Positions 50,945 through 62,422 of a stretch of 64,000 nucleotides of DNA are shown here, piece by piece (positions within the stretch are counted from its first letter, which is position 1; each line of letters opens with the position of its first letter). Position numbers and translations under genes: made by a program. The notes under the pieces were generated by a model, which was not told the origin of the DNA, did not search any database, and was given only the letters and a program-made list of their open reading frames with translations. The stretch is from an uncultured Rhodoluna sp. (GTDB lineage Bacteria; Actinomycetota; Actinomycetes; Actinomycetales; Microbacteriaceae): NCBI GenBank assembly GCA_964539165.1, contig CAZIFS010000001.1, forward strand, positions 65,899-129,898, read 5' to 3'.

Positions 50945-53647
50945 CTAGTGACCAGCTAATTCCCAGCTTTTTCCTATGCCAATTTGCACTTCGAGCGGCA
51001 CAGAGAGTTCAACCACGCCTTCCATTTCTTCGACGACAAGATTCTTTAGTCTTTCGAGTTCGCCAGGGGCTACTTCGAACACCAATTCGTCGTGAACTTG
51101 AAGCAACATTCGACTTTTGAGTGACTCAGCTTGAATGCGCTCTGAGATGTGATTCATCGCCAGCTTCATGATGTCTGCTGCTGTGCCCTGAATTGGCGCG
51201 TTGAGCGCAGCACGTCTTGCATTTTCACGAACTTGAAACAGTTTGCTGTTCAAATCATCAAAAGGCCTGCGTCGACCATAGGTTGTTACGGTGTAGCCGA
51301 GGGTCTTTGCTTCATCAACAACGGCTGAAAGATAGCGACGCACTCCCCCGAATCGGGCAAAGTAATCACTCATGAGTTGTTTGGCCTCGGCGTTTGGAAT
51401 GCGCAACTGCTTAGCGAGACCATATTCGCTTAGACCATAAACCAGACCGTAAGACATCGCCTTGACTTTGGAACGCATAGCTGTTGTGACCTCTTCAGGC
51501 TGTACGCCAAATATTCTTGCACCAACAAATCTATGAAGGTCTTCACCAGTTTTGAACGCCTCGATTATGCCCTCGTCACCCGAGAGGTGGGCCATGATGC
51601 GCATTTCAATCTGTGAATAGTCAGCGGTTAGCAAGGTTTCAAAACCTTCGCCGACGATAAATGCTTCACGGATAAGTCGCCCGCGCTCGCTCTTAATCGG
51701 AATGTTTTGAAGGTTCGGATTTTCTGAAGAGAGTCGACCGGTGGAGGTTCCAGTTTGAACATAGTTCGTGTGAATACGTCCATCCGAGGCAACTGCCTTA
51801 AGCATGGTCTCGACGATTTGACGAATTTTGGTGGCTTCGCGGTGTTCGAGAAGGTGCGCGAGGAACGGGTGTTCGGTTTGTTCAAAAAGCTCGGTCAAGG
51901 CTGCCGCGTTGGTAGAAAACCCTGTCTTTACCTGCTTGGTTCCGGTCATGCCAAGTTCGTCGAAGAGAACGGTTTGCAGCTGTTTTGGTGATGCCAGGTT
52001 TATTTCATGCCCGATTACGGCGAAAGCCTGCTTGGCAATTTCACTGACCTCAGAGGTCAACTTTTCAAAAAGATCTTGAAGCCGATCGACGGCGATGGCA
52101 ACGCCGTAGTGTTCCATGCGCGCAAGAGATTCATTGGTGGGTAGCTCAACTTCAGCGAATACCTTGAGTTGACCCTGGGCTTCAACTTTGCCGAACAGGG
52201 TTGGTGTCAAATTCGCGATTACCCAGGCATCCAAGGAAATGTCTGTGGCGTCTTCTGCGATTAGTTGATTTGGATCAGAGCGCTTGATCTGGATTCCCAG
52301 GTGAATAGCTGCCACTTCATCGAGGCTGAAATCTTTGCTAACTGGGTCTAGTAGGTAGGCCAGCAGCAGCGTGTCGTAGTTCGCACCTTGCAGAGCTAAT
52401 CCAAAATCAAGTAGCTTGCGAGCCTGGTCTTTGGCCCCGTGCAAGGTCTTCACGCAAGTTGGGTCGGCAAGCCAGGCACCAACCGTCTCAAAAACATCCT
52501 GGATACCCGCTGGAGTCCAAAGCACTCTGTGGTTCTCGGTAGCGAAACCAATAGAACCAATGGATTCACCGACAAACTCAAATGCCAGAGCGATGGTGGA
52601 ATGCTGATCTGAGAGCCATGATTTAAGTTCGCTACCGGTCAGTTTCACACTCTCTGGCAATTCACCAACTTCGGGAAGGATCTCAGCAGGGGCACCGAAT
52701 GCTTCGTTGAAATCTGCAACCGCCGAGGTCGTGTCTGTGATTGATCCGGTGCCAGGCTGAACCCCGCGAGCTTTAAGTACTCTCTCGGTGAGCGACTTGA
52801 AGTGCAATTTGCTGAACACTTCGCGAACTTTTGACTCATCAAGCGGCCCAAGCACCAGGTCATCATGATTGAAATCAAAAGCCAGATCTCGTACCAGATG
52901 ATTAAGGCGGCGGTTGCGTACCGCTAACTCCCGATGCTCGCGCAGGCTCTCTCCTACCTTGCCGGGAATATCATCTGCGGCGGCGAGCACACCATCTAGG
53001 TTTTTATAGGTTGTTAGCCACTTAGCTGCGGTTTTCGGGCCAACACCTGGGATGCCCGGCAGGTTGTCGGAGGTCTCGCCCACGAGAGCTGCGAGGTCGG
53101 GATACTGCTTTGCGTGAATGCCGTACTTATCGAAAACAGCCTGGTCATCCATTCGAGCAAGGTTTAGAACGCCTTTGACCGGGTACAGAATTGTGGTGTT
53201 TTCGCGAATAAGTTGAAAAGTGTCGCGGTCACCAGAAACCACGTAAACCTGAAAACCCGAGTCTGCACTTTGATCGGCAAGACTGGCCAAAATGTCGTCG
53301 GCCTCGTAGTTCACACGAGTGATGGTCTTGATGTTCATGGCTTCAAGTGCTTCTTGGAGCAACTCAGTTTGCCCAACGAATTCTGGCGGTGTCTCGCCGC
53401 GAGTGCCCTTGTACTCCGGGTACTCCTCGGTTCTGAACGAACTTCTGGAAAGGTCGAAGGCAACTGCCAAGTGGGTCGGTTTTTCAGCCTGAAGAATATT
53501 CAACATCATCGAGATGAATCCGTGTACGGCATTGGTGTGCTGGCCATCTGGAGTCTTGAACGAGTCTGGGCTCAGCGCATAAAAAGCTCTAAAGGCCAGT
53601 GAATGACCATCAATGAGCAGAAGAGTAGGCTGAGAGTTAGCGTTCAT
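50945..53647 (-). CDS. polA: DNA polymerase I
   Basis: DGHSLAFRAFYAL, EADD, PNLQNIP, ADYSQIEMR, NAPIQGTAAD, QVHDEL. Confidence 0.98.
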   Translation of the reverse strand: MNANSQPTLLLIDGHSLAFRAFYALSPDSFKTPDGQHTNAVHGFISMMLNILQAEKPTHLAVAFDLSRSSFRTEEYPEYKGTRGETPPEFVGQTELLQEALEAMNIKTITRVNYEADDILASLADQSADSGFQVYVVSGDRDTFQLIRENTTILYPVKGVLNLARMDDQAVFDKYGIHAKQYPDLAALVGETSDNLPGIPGVGPKTAAKWLTTYKNLDGVLAAADDIPGKVGESLREHRELAVRNRRLNHLVRDLAFDFNHDDLVLGPLDESKVREVFSKLHFKSLTERVLKARGVQPGTGSITDTTSAVADFNEAFGAPAEILPEVGELPESVKLTGSELKSWLSDQHSTIALAFEFVGESIGSIGFATENHRVLWTPAGIQDVFETVGAWLADPTCVKTLHGAKDQARKLLDFGLALQGANYDTLLLAYLLDPVSKDFSLDEVAAIHLGIQIKRSDPNQLIAEDATDISLDAWVIANLTPTLFGKVEAQGQLKVFAEVELPTNESLARMEHYGVAIAVDRLQDLFEKLTSEVSEIAKQAFAVIGHEINLASPKQLQTVLFDELGMTGTKQVKTGFSTNAAALTELFEQTEHPFLAHLLEHREATKIRQIVETMLKAVASDGRIHTNYVQTGTSTGRLSSENPNLQNIPIKSERGRLIREAFIVGEGFETLLTADYSQIEMRIMAHLSGDEGIIEAFKTGEDLHRFVGARIFGVQPEEVTTAMRSKVKAMSYGLVYGLSEYGLAKQLRIPNAEAKQLMSDYFARFGGVRRYLSAVVDEAKTLGYTVTTYGRRRPFDDLNSKLFQVRENARRAALNAPIQGTAADIMKLAMNHISERIQAESLKSRMLLQVHDELVFEVAPGELERLKNLVVEEMEGVVELSVPLEVQIGIGKSWELAGH

Positions 53648-53691
53648 GAGGCAAGCCTACTTTGCCTCGAAGACACCAAAGGGAGCCAAAC

Positions 53692-54120
53692 GTGAGTTCG
53701 TCACCAGAAAAATTTAGTGCAGATGCCAAAGAACTTCTTGAACTGCGTGGGCTTGGTCCTCTGGCCGAGAAAATGGGCATCGAACTTGTTGAGCTAAGTG
53801 CCGAACGTGCGGTTGCCACCATGCCGGTTGAAGGCAATACCCAACCGCTCGGAGTTTTGCACGGTGGTGCGCATGTGGTTTTAGGTGAGAGTCTCGGTAG
53901 TTTCGCCGCCAATGTGTGGGCCCACCCCGACAAAGTTGCCATGGGTATCGAAGTGTCAGCAAGTCACTCTCGCCCGGCAAGTTCTGGCGTGGTCACCGCC
54001 GTGTGCACTGCTATCAGTCTTGGCAAGTCATTGACTACCCACGAAATTGTGGTTTCTGACGAACAAGGCCGAAGACTTTCGACCGTTCGAATCACTAATT
54101 ACCTTAAGGCCAAGAGCTAA
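53692..54120 (+). CDS. PaaI-type hotdog-fold thioesterase
   Basis: MPVEGNTQPLGVLHGGA...GESLGS; likely start GTG 53692 after GGGAG. Confidence 0.9.
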   Translation: MSSSPEKFSADAKELLELRGLGPLAEKMGIELVELSAERAVATMPVEGNTQPLGVLHGGAHVVLGESLGSFAANVWAHPDKVAMGIEVSASHSRPASSGVVTAVCTAISLGKSLTTHEIVVSDEQGRRLSTVRITNYLKAKS

Positions 54121-54126
54121 TCAGCT

Positions 54127-54726
54127 TTAGGCCGAGGGCTTCTGTACACCAAGCTGCTCGATAACAGTGGTGGCAACTTCTTGCATGGTGAGGCGTCTAT
54201 CCATGGATGCCTTTTGAATCCAACGGAATGCATCTGGCTCTGAAAGCCCCATTTTTTCATTCAATAGGCCCTTGGCGCGGTCAACCAACTTGCGGGTTTC
54301 AAATCGCTCATTTAGATCAGCAATTTCACTCTCAAGCGCGATTAGCTGAGAGTGTCGGCTCAGTGCGATTTCAATCGCCGGCAATAGGTCGTTTGGGGTG
54401 AACGGCTTGACCACGTAAGCCATGGCACCAGCCTCGCTGGCCCGGTCAACCAATTCTTTCTGGCTGAATGCTGTTAACAATACGATTGGCACTTTAGAGC
54501 CGATGAGCTGCTCGGCAGCGGTAATTCCATCCATCTTGGGCATCTTTATGTCCATGACAACAAGGTCTGGCTTGTGCTGACTAACCAAAGCGACGGCCTC
54601 TTCACCGTTTGCTGCCTCGGCAAGCACCTCGAAACCATTTTCAATGAGGGTTTCGACGATGTCCATGCGAATTAGTGATTCGTCTTCAGCAACGATTACG
54701 GTGCGCTTCTTTGCAACTTCAGCCAT
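54127..54726 (-). CDS. pdtaR: ANTAR-domain response regulator (PdtaR-like)
   Basis: Receiver (AEDE, MDIKMP, KP) plus ANTAR domain (RKLVDRAKGLL...AFRWIQKASMDRR); synteny with polA, tRNA-Leu and pyk. Confidence 0.92.
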   Translation of the reverse strand: MAEVAKKRTVIVAEDESLIRMDIVETLIENGFEVLAEAANGEEAVALVSQHKPDLVVMDIKMPKMDGITAAEQLIGSKVPIVLLTAFSQKELVDRASEAGAMAYVVKPFTPNDLLPAIEIALSRHSQLIALESEIADLNERFETRKLVDRAKGLLNEKMGLSEPDAFRWIQKASMDRRLTMQEVATTVIEQLGVQKPSA

Positions 54727-54800
54727 GACGACAACCCTATTCCAAAGTTGGTCAATTTAAGAAGTCGAAAAATTTGGGGTATCATTGAAAACTGTTGCCG

Positions 54801-54881
54801 GCCGAAGTGGCGAAATGGCAGACGCGGAGCACTCAAAATGCTTTTCCGAAAGGAGTGCGGGTTCAAGTCCCGCCTTCGGCA
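54801..54881 (+). tRNA. tRNA-Leu (anticodon CAA), CCA not encoded
   Basis: Acceptor GCCGAAG/CTTCGGC, anticodon arm GAGCA-CTCAAAA-TGCTT, variable arm TCC-GAAA-GGA, T arm GCGGG-TTCAAGT-CCCGC. Confidence 0.95.
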
Positions 54882-54888
54882 CAAATAG

Positions 54889-54919
54889 AAAAAGACCCCA
54901 GATCATCTGGGGTCTTTTT
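54889..54919. terminator. Bidirectional intrinsic terminator (tRNA / pyk)
   Basis: A5-GACCCCAGA-tca-TCTGGGGTC-T5. Confidence 0.9.
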
Positions 54920-54927
54920 CTTTGCTT

Positions 54928-56373
54928 TTATAGGTTCTGGTAACCCGGTGCGGCGCCATTTACGGCATCGCCAACGCGGTGAACACGAAGTGAGTTTGTT
55001 GAACCTGGGATGCCCGGTGGGGTTCCGGCAACAACAACCACTTCTTCGCCAACCTTGGTAAGGCCCTCGGCGAGAACGATCTCATCGACCTGGTGCATCA
55101 TTTCATCGGTGTGCTTCACCGGTGCGACGAGGTAGGTGTGAGCGCCCCAAACCAATGACATGCGGTTTCTGACAGTCTCGCTCGGGGTGAACGCGATGGT
55201 AGGAACTGATGAACGTAGGCGTGAAACGCGGCGCAGCGAGTCGCCTGACTCAGTGAACACACAAACAAACTTTGATCCCAAAAGCTCAGCGATCTCGACA
55301 GCAGCAAGTGAAACAGCGCCTGCGTGGGTGTGAGGACGGGTTCCCAGGGCAGGAATTCGGTCAAGACCGTTTGCCTCGGTCGACTCGATGATACGTGCCA
55401 TAGCCTGAACGGTCTCAACTGGCCATTTTCCGACTGAGGTTTCGCCCGAAAGCATTACTGCGTCGGCACCGTCGAGGATGGCGTTTGCAACGTCTGATGC
55501 CTCTGCGCGGGTTGGGCGCGAGTTGTCAATCATGGTCTCAAGCATCTGAGTGGCGACGATTACCGGTTTCGCCCAGCGACGCGCCAATTCAACTGCACGC
55601 TTCTGAACTAGTGGAACATCTTCAAAAGGTAGCTCAACACCGAGGTCACCGCGGGCAACCATGATGCCGTCAAAGGCGTCAATGATTTCTTCCAGTGCTT
55701 CTACTGCCTGAGGCTTTTCAATCTTTGCAATGACCGGAAGGAACTTGCCCTCTTCGGTCATGATTTCGTGAACTCGAACGATGTCTGAAGCGTTACGAAC
55801 GAAAGACAGAGCGATCATGTCGACACCGAGGCGAATTCCCCAACGAAGGTCGTCTTCATCTTTCTCAGAAAGTGCCGGAACGTTCACAGCAACGCCTGGA
55901 AGGTTGATTCCCTTATTGTTCGAGACGAAGCCCGGAATCTCAACAACAGTTGTCACGGTGTCGGCGGTTACTTCAGTTGCCTTGAGTGTGACCTTACCGT
56001 CGTCGATCAAGAGTAGGTCGCCCGGCTTTACGTCGCCACAGAGACCCTTGTGAGTCGTGCCACAAATCTCTTTGGTGCCTTCAACTTCGTTGATGGTGAT
56101 CTTAAAAGTGTCACCCTTCTCAAGCATGTGAGGGCCATCTGAGAACTTAGCCAAGCGAATCTTTGGACCCTGCAGGTCAACAAAGATACCGACCGGCTTG
56201 TTTGCGTCTGCCGCAGCCTTTCGGACTGTGCGGTAGATTTCCTCGTGCACGTCGTAGCTGCCGTGACTTAGGTTCATGCGAGCAACGTCGACACCGGCAT
56301 CGATGATGGCACGGATCTGCTCGTAGTTTGAAGTTGCCGGACCGAGGGTTGCAACAATTTTTGCGCGTCTCAT
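54928..56373 (-). CDS. pyk: Pyruvate kinase
   Basis: KIVATLGPA, RMNLSHG, DLQGPKIR, MVARGDLGVE, DAVMLSGETS. Confidence 0.98.
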   Translation of the reverse strand: MRRAKIVATLGPATSNYEQIRAIIDAGVDVARMNLSHGSYDVHEEIYRTVRKAAADANKPVGIFVDLQGPKIRLAKFSDGPHMLEKGDTFKITINEVEGTKEICGTTHKGLCGDVKPGDLLLIDDGKVTLKATEVTADTVTTVVEIPGFVSNNKGINLPGVAVNVPALSEKDEDDLRWGIRLGVDMIALSFVRNASDIVRVHEIMTEEGKFLPVIAKIEKPQAVEALEEIIDAFDGIMVARGDLGVELPFEDVPLVQKRAVELARRWAKPVIVATQMLETMIDNSRPTRAEASDVANAILDGADAVMLSGETSVGKWPVETVQAMARIIESTEANGLDRIPALGTRPHTHAGAVSLAAVEIAELLGSKFVCVFTESGDSLRRVSRLRSSVPTIAFTPSETVRNRMSLVWGAHTYLVAPVKHTDEMMHQVDEIVLAEGLTKVGEEVVVVAGTPPGIPGSTNSLRVHRVGDAVNGAAPGYQNL

Positions 56374-56415
56374 GGGTACCTTTTCTTGTTTTGCTGGCTG
56401 GGGCCAACTTTGGGA

Positions 56416-57876
56416 TTAGCTGTGGATAGAAAGTGGTCGATCGGTGGTTTTGACCGGACGAGGCAAAACGGTTTTGCCTTCAAGATATTCGTCGATTGAT
56501 GCTGCAGCCGCGCGACCCTCGGCAATTGCCCAAACAATCAAGCTCTGGCCTCGCCCAGCGTCACCGGCGACAAAGACGCCATCCGCGTTGGTTGACCAGT
56601 TTTTGTCGCGGGCTATGTTGCCACGTGAGTCTAGGGCCACGTCTGATTGCTCAGCTGCCAGCTCACCCTCGACACCAGTGAAACCTAGTGACAGAAGTAC
56701 CAAATCAGCTGGGATGACGTACTCGGTTCCGGCCTTTGGAAGGCGTTTTCCGTCTACGAATTCAGTCTCGGCAACCTTTACGCCGGTAACCTTGCCGTTC
56801 TCGCCAACGAACTCGACTGTCGAAGCAAGGTAGGTGCGCTCACCGAATTCTTCGTGTGCGCTTGCAACTTCAAAGAGAGTTGGGAACGTTGGCCATGGCT
56901 GGTGCTCAGGTCTCTCAGCCGGCGGCTGCTTGCCGATAGCCAAAGTGGTAACTGAGATCGCGCCCTGGCGAGTCGCAGTGCCAAGACAGTCAGCGCCAGT
57001 GTCGCCGCCTCCGAGAATTACTACGTTTAGGCCATCTGCGTGAATTTGCTCAGCGAGGTTCTCCCCCGCTACAACGCGGTTTCCTTGAACTAGGTAATCC
57101 ATGGCAAAGTGAACGCCATTAAGTTCACGGCCTGGAACGTTTAAATCGCGCGGCTTAGTGGCCCCGGTGGCAATAAGAACAGCGTCGTATCTTGAACGCA
57201 GCTCTTCCCAGGTGATGTCTACGCCAATGTTTACGCCAGCGCGGAATCGAGTGCCCTCGGCCTCCATCTGCGCCAAACGACGGTCGATGTGTGACTTTTC
57301 CATTTTGAAATCAGGAATTCCGTAGCGAAGAAGGCCGCCGATTTTGTCATCACGTTCATAGACGGCAACGGTGTGACCGGCTCGGGTCAACTGCTGAGCG
57401 GCAGCCAGACCAGCTGGGCCAGAACCAACAACTGCAACAGTTTTGCCAGTTAGACGCTCTGGCGCGTGAGGCACCACCCAGTCATTGTCGAAAGCCTGAT
57501 CGATAATCGAAACTTCGATTTCTTTGATGGTCACAGCTGGCTGGTTGATGCCGAGAACACAAGCGCTTTCGCACGGTGCTGGGCAAAGGCGGCCAGTGAA
57601 CTCAGGGAAATTGTTAGTTACGTGAAGTCGTTCGATGGCAGATTTGCCATCTTCGCGCCAAGTCAGATCGTTCCATTCAGGAATCAAGTTGCCAAGTGGG
57701 CAACCCTGGTGACAGAACGGCACACCGCAGTCCATGCAGCGACCAGCCTGGCGAACGATTACACCAGAATCGCGCTTTTCATAGACTTCTTTCCAGTCCA
57801 TGATTCGCACTGGAACCGGACGACGAGCTGCAGTCTCACGCTCAGTGGTTTTTAGGAATCCACGTGGATCAGCCAT
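56416..57876 (-). CDS. gltD: Glutamate synthase small subunit
   Basis: MADPRGFL start at 57876, [44 protein letters not shown]. Confidence 0.97.
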   Translation of the reverse strand: MADPRGFLKTTERETAARRPVPVRIMDWKEVYEKRDSGVIVRQAGRCMDCGVPFCHQGCPLGNLIPEWNDLTWREDGKSAIERLHVTNNFPEFTGRLCPAPCESACVLGINQPAVTIKEIEVSIIDQAFDNDWVVPHAPERLTGKTVAVVGSGPAGLAAAQQLTRAGHTVAVYERDDKIGGLLRYGIPDFKMEKSHIDRRLAQMEAEGTRFRAGVNIGVDITWEELRSRYDAVLIATGATKPRDLNVPGRELNGVHFAMDYLVQGNRVVAGENLAEQIHADGLNVVILGGGDTGADCLGTATRQGAISVTTLAIGKQPPAERPEHQPWPTFPTLFEVASAHEEFGERTYLASTVEFVGENGKVTGVKVAETEFVDGKRLPKAGTEYVIPADLVLLSLGFTGVEGELAAEQSDVALDSRGNIARDKNWSTNADGVFVAGDAGRGQSLIVWAIAEGRAAAASIDEYLEGKTVLPRPVKTTDRPLSIHS

Positions 57877-60800
57877 TGGTGACCTCCAGAATCTCTTTCC
57901 AAACCTCGTTACTGTCTGGATCTTGTCCGTTTGAAATTGCCTTTGCGCGAATTGCAAGCACGCTTGCGTAGTCACGCGGAAGAACGCGGGTGAAGTTGGC
58001 AAGTTCATCCGTGAATTTTTCAAGGATGTGCTTGGCTACTGCCGAACCGGTTTCGGATAGGTGCAGCTCGAGGAGCGCCTTCAGCTTGTCAGCATCGGCA
58101 GCCTCAAGTTCACCGATGTGAAGTTCACCTGCAGCTAACGCCTCTTGGTTGATGTGGTCACCGCGTAGCTTGTAGACGTAAGCAACGCCACCAGACATAC
58201 CGGCACCCAAATTACGGCCGGTTTTGCCAAGGATAACTGCGGTACCGCCGGTCATGTACTCGAGGGCGTGGTCACCACAACCCTCGGCTACAGCGGTTAC
58301 GCCAGAGTTTCGAACCAAGAAACGTTCACCAACAATGCCACGCAGAAGCATGGTTCCGCTGGTAGCGCCGTAGCCGATCACGTTACCGGCGATGATGTTT
58401 TGTTCGGCAGAAAAGACACTTGATCGGTCTGGTCGCACCACGATGAAGCCGCCAGAAAGGCCTTTACCGACATAGTCGTTCGAGTCGCCCTCGAGAGACA
58501 ACTTGATGCCCTTTGGTACAAAAGCACCAAATGACTGACCAGCTGAACCCTTCAATCGAACATCAATGGTTGCCTCTGGCAAACCGTCGGCAGCATATCG
58601 CTTGGTTAGCTCGTTACCGAGCATGGTTCCAACTGCTTGATCAACGTTGGTGATGTCTAGCTCGATGGTTACTGACTTGGCATCATTCAATGCAGCTTCA
58701 GCAGCCTGGATCAACTTGTGGTCAAAGTGCTTCTCTAACTCGTGGTCTTGCACAGTCACACGACGCAACGATGCTCCTGTAGGAATCTGCGGCTGAGTCA
58801 GAATCGGAGTTAGGTCAAGGCCGTCGGCCTTCCAGTGTTCGATTGCACGATTGACATCGATTAGCTCACTGTGGCCGATTGCTTCATCCAGGCTCTTGAA
58901 ACCAAGTGCGGCCAGATATTCACGTACCTCTTCGGCCAAGAATTCGAAGAAGTTCACAACGAATTCAGGCTTGCCGGTGAATCGAGAACGGAGGGTCGGG
59001 TTTTGTGTTGCAACACCAACCGGACAGGTGTCGAGGTGGCAAACACGCATCAAAATACAGCCCTCAACCACCAACGGCGCGGTGGCGAAACCGAATTCCT
59101 CTGCTCCTAGAAGTGCAGCGATAATCACGTCGCGACCAGTTTTCATCTGACCATCTACCTGAACTGAAACTCGATCACGGAGTCCGTTTAGTAGCAGAGT
59201 CTGCTGTGCCTCGGCCAACCCAAGTTCCCAAGGGGTTCCAGCGTGCTTCAGCGAGTTGAGTGGGCTAGCACCGGTTCCACCATCGTGGCCAGATACCAAA
59301 ATTACGTCGGCCTTTGCCTTTGCAACACCAGCTGCAACTGTTCCAATACCAACCTGAGAAACCAACTTAACGTGCACTCGGGCCGCACGGTTCGCGCGCT
59401 TCACGTCGAAAATTAGCTGCTTTAAGTCTTCAATTGAATAGATGTCGTGGTGAGGCGGTGGCGAAATTAGACCAACACCTGGAGTCGAGTGTCGCGTCTT
59501 CGCGATCCAAGGGTAAACCTTGTTTGGCGGCAACTGACCACCCTCGCCTGGCTTTGCACCCTGCGCCATCTTGATCTGAATGTCGTCGGCATGTGACAGA
59601 TACATGCTGGTCACACCGAAACGACCTGAAGCTACCTGCTTGATAGCAGAGCGGCGGGTTGGGTCAAGCAAGCGCTCTACATCCTCGCCACCCTCACCGG
59701 TGTTTGACTTGCCACCGATTTGGTTCATTGCGATTGCTAGAGTCTCGTGTGCTTCTGGTGAAATCGAGCCGTATGACATCGCACCCGTAGAGAAACGCTT
59801 GACGATGGCTGAGACTGGTTCAACTTCGTCAACCGAAATAGCTGGGCGTACACCTTCGCGGATGTTAAACAAGCCGCGCAGAGTCATGAGCCCTTCAGCT
59901 TGGTCGTCGACAAGCTTGGTGTACTCGCGGAAGATGTCGTAGCGCTTTGATCGAGTTGCGTGCTGCAACTTGAAAACGGTCTCTGGGTTGAACAGGTGCA
60001 GTGGGCCTTCGCGGCGCCACTGGTATTCGCCACCCGTTTCAAGAGATTCGTGAACGTTGGTTGCTTGCTCAAGTGGATACGCGCTCGCGTGGCGTGCCGC
60101 ATTCTCGGCGTGAATTACCTCTAGGCCGATTCCGCCAAGTTGGCTGGTTGTACCAGTGAAATAGGTGTCGACAAACTCTTGGCTCAGTCCGATTGCCTCG
60201 AAGCACTGCGCGCCTGAGTATGACGAGACGGTTGAAATGCCCATCTTCGACATAATCTTCAAGACACCCTTGCCGAGACCCTTAATCAGGTTCTTGTGGG
60301 CGTGCTCAATATCAAGGCCAGCAATTTGGCCAGACTTAACCATTTGCTCAACTGACTCAAGTGCCAGGTAAGGGTTAATTGCAGCAGCGCCGTAACCGAT
60401 GAGTGCAGCGATGTGGTGCACTTCGCGAACATCTCCAGCCTCAACAACTAGGCCAACCTTGGTGCGCAGACCCTCACGAATTAGGTGATGGTGAACAGCC
60501 GAGGTCAAAAGCAGAGTAGGAATTGGTGCAAGCTCGCGGTTGCTGTCACGGTCAGAAATGATTAGGTAGGTAGCACCACGGCTGATAGCCTCGGTGACCT
60601 CGCTGAAAATCTCACGGATACGAGCAGCTAGAGCTGTCGAGCCACCGTCAACGCGGTAGGTCCCCTTCACGGTGAATGCCTGACCAACGCCAGGTCGCTC
60701 ATCGATATGCTGAATCTTCGCCAGATCGTCGTTGCTGATTACCGGGAAGTTCAAAATCACTTGCTGTGCGTGCTCTGGGCTGGCGTCAAGAACGTTTCGC

Positions 60801-62422
60801 TCTGGACCAATGCCAGTGCTAAGTGAGGTGACGACTTCTTCGCGAATCGAGTCAAGTGGCGGGTTAGTTACCTGAGCAAATTGCTGAATGAAGTAATCAA
60901 ACAACAGGCGCGGGCGGTCTGAAATGGCCGCAATCGGGGTGTCAGAACCCATGGCGCCAAGTGGTTCGATTCCATTGCGAGCCATAGGTGCAAGCAGAAT
61001 GCGAAGCTCTTCTTCGGTGTAACCGAAAGTACGCTGGCGACGGTTCACCGAGGTTGCGGTGTGAGCAATGTGCTCGCGCTCTGGCAGATCTTTGAGGTTA
61101 ATACGGTTCCCCTCAAGCCACTCGCCCCAAGGCTCGAGCGCTGCCACCTCTGCCTTGATTTCGTCATCGTCAATCAAACGACCGTTGACGGTGTCAGCTA
61201 AGAACATTCGGCCCGGCTGAAGTCGACCTTTACGAACGATCTTGCTTGGGTCGATGTTGGCAACACCAATTTCTGAAGCTAGAACGACCAGTCCGTCCTC
61301 AGTAATTACGTATCGTCCTGGGCGAAGTCCGTTGCGGTCAAGCGTTGCACCAACTAGCGAGCCGTCAGTAAAGACAACTGCTGCCGGACCGTCCCACGGT
61401 TCCATGAGCATCGAGTGATACTCGTAGAAATTCTTACGATTAGCGTCGATATCTGACTGTTTCTCCCAGGCTTCAGGAATCATCATCATCATCGCGTGTG
61501 GAAGGCTACGACCACCCATGTAAAGAAGCTCAAGCACCTCGTCAAATGAGGCAGAGTCGCTAGCGCCCGGGGTAATGATTGGGGTTAGCTGCTTGATGTC
61601 GCCAAGCAGCTCAGATGCAAGCTGTGACTCGCGTGCGCGCATCCAGTTGCGGTTTCCTTTTACGGTGTTGATTTCACCGTTGTGCGCAATCATGCGGAAC
61701 GGGTGTGCCAGCGGCCAAGAAGGGAAGGTATTGGTCGAGAAACGAGAGTGAACCAGCGCGAGGGTTGATTCGAAGCGCTCGTCGCTTAGGTCTGGGTAAA
61801 ACGGCTCGAGCTGCAGGGTGGTGACCATGCCCTTGTAGACGATGGTTCTTGACGAAAGTGAAGGGTGATAAACGCCTAGAGTGCGCTCTGAGCGCTTACG
61901 TAGGCGGAATGCGCGACGTTCAAGCTCCATGCCTTCGGCGTTGTCTTCTGCAGCTACAAAAACCTGACGAATAACCGGCATAGCTTCGCGCGCAAGATCG
62001 CCAAGCACTTCGGGGTTGGTTGGAACATCGCGCCAACCAAGCACGGTTAGGTTTTCTTCAGTGGCAAGAGCGCTGAACTTAGCCTCTACCTCTGCCTCAG
62101 TGCCTTTTTCGACGAAAACCAAACCGGCGGCATAAAAACCCTTGGATGGAAGTTCAAAGCCAGTTACTGCGCGAAGGAAGCTGTCAGGAATCTGAGTGAG
62201 GATACCTGCACCGTCACCAGTGCCAGCGTCAGATCCAACTGCACCGCGGTGCTCAAGGTTGGTTAGTGCGGTCAATGCCGTTACAACAATGTCGTGTCCG
62301 GCTGTTCCACGAAGGGTCGCCACCATGGCTAGGCCACAGGCGTCCTTGTCGAAAGCTGGGTCGTATAGACCAGTAGCTGCAGGTGCAGTGCTGAATCTTT
62401 CGAACGGCGACATTTCAGGCAT
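57869..62422 (-). CDS. gltB: Glutamate synthase large subunit
   Basis: DACG Ntn nucleophile, [42 protein letters not shown]; ATG 62422 after GGAG. Confidence 0.98.
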   Translation of the reverse strand: MPEMSPFERFSTAPAATGLYDPAFDKDACGLAMVATLRGTAGHDIVVTALTALTNLEHRGAVGSDAGTGDGAGILTQIPDSFLRAVTGFELPSKGFYAAGLVFVEKGTEAEVEAKFSALATEENLTVLGWRDVPTNPEVLGDLAREAMPVIRQVFVAAEDNAEGMELERRAFRLRKRSERTLGVYHPSLSSRTIVYKGMVTTLQLEPFYPDLSDERFESTLALVHSRFSTNTFPSWPLAHPFRMIAHNGEINTVKGNRNWMRARESQLASELLGDIKQLTPIITPGASDSASFDEVLELLYMGGRSLPHAMMMMIPEAWEKQSDIDANRKNFYEYHSMLMEPWDGPAAVVFTDGSLVGATLDRNGLRPGRYVITEDGLVVLASEIGVANIDPSKIVRKGRLQPGRMFLADTVNGRLIDDDEIKAEVAALEPWGEWLEGNRINLKDLPEREHIAHTATSVNRRQRTFGYTEEELRILLAPMARNGIEPLGAMGSDTPIAAISDRPRLLFDYFIQQFAQVTNPPLDSIREEVVTSLSTGIGPERNVLDASPEHAQQVILNFPVISNDDLAKIQHIDERPGVGQAFTVKGTYRVDGGSTALAARIREIFSEVTEAISRGATYLIISDRDSNRELAPIPTLLLTSAVHHHLIREGLRTKVGLVVEAGDVREVHHIAALIGYGAAAINPYLALESVEQMVKSGQIAGLDIEHAHKNLIKGLGKGVLKIMSKMGISTVSSYSGAQCFEAIGLSQEFVDTYFTGTTSQLGGIGLEVIHAENAARHASAYPLEQATNVHESLETGGEYQWRREGPLHLFNPETVFKLQHATRSKRYDIFREYTKLVDDQAEGLMTLRGLFNIREGVRPAISVDEVEPVSAIVKRFSTGAMSYGSISPEAHETLAIAMNQIGGKSNTGEGGEDVERLLDPTRRSAIKQVASGRFGVTSMYLSHADDIQIKMAQGAKPGEGGQLPPNKVYPWIAKTRHSTPGVGLISPPPHHDIYSIEDLKQLIFDVKRANRAARVHVKLVSQVGIGTVAAGVAKAKADVILVSGHDGGTGASPLNSLKHAGTPWELGLAEAQQTLLLNGLRDRVSVQVDGQMKTGRDVIIAALLGAEEFGFATAPLVVEGCILMRVCHLDTCPVGVATQNPTLRSRFTGKPEFVVNFFEFLAEEVREYLAALGFKSLDEAIGHSELIDVNRAIEHWKADGLDLTPILTQPQIPTGASLRRVTVQDHELEKHFDHKLIQAAEAALNDAKSVTIELDITNVDQAVGTMLGNELTKRYAADGLPEATIDVRLKGSAGQSFGAFVPKGIKLSLEGDSNDYVGKGLSGGFIVVRPDRSSVFSAEQNIIAGNVIGYGATSGTMLLRGIVGERFLVRNSGVTAVAEGCGDHALEYMTGGTAVILGKTGRNLGAGMSGGVAYVYKLRGDHINQEALAAGELHIGELEAADADKLKALLELHLSETGSAVAKHILEKFTDELANFTRVLPRDYASVLAIRAKAISNGQDPDSNEVWKEILEVTNG

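Noticed and set aside
54696-55061. ORFs 54696-54884 and 54795-55061
   Set aside because: They are translations across the tRNA-Leu(CAA) gene and its terminator.
57877-58023. N-terminal extension of gltD, and similar extensions of the phosphatase (2438), GT4 (4277), rpmE2 (10893), photolyase (24783) and rapZ (41759)
   Set aside because: These are ORF-caller longest-start artefacts; family homology begins at the downstream starts, which have an SD or stop/start overlap.
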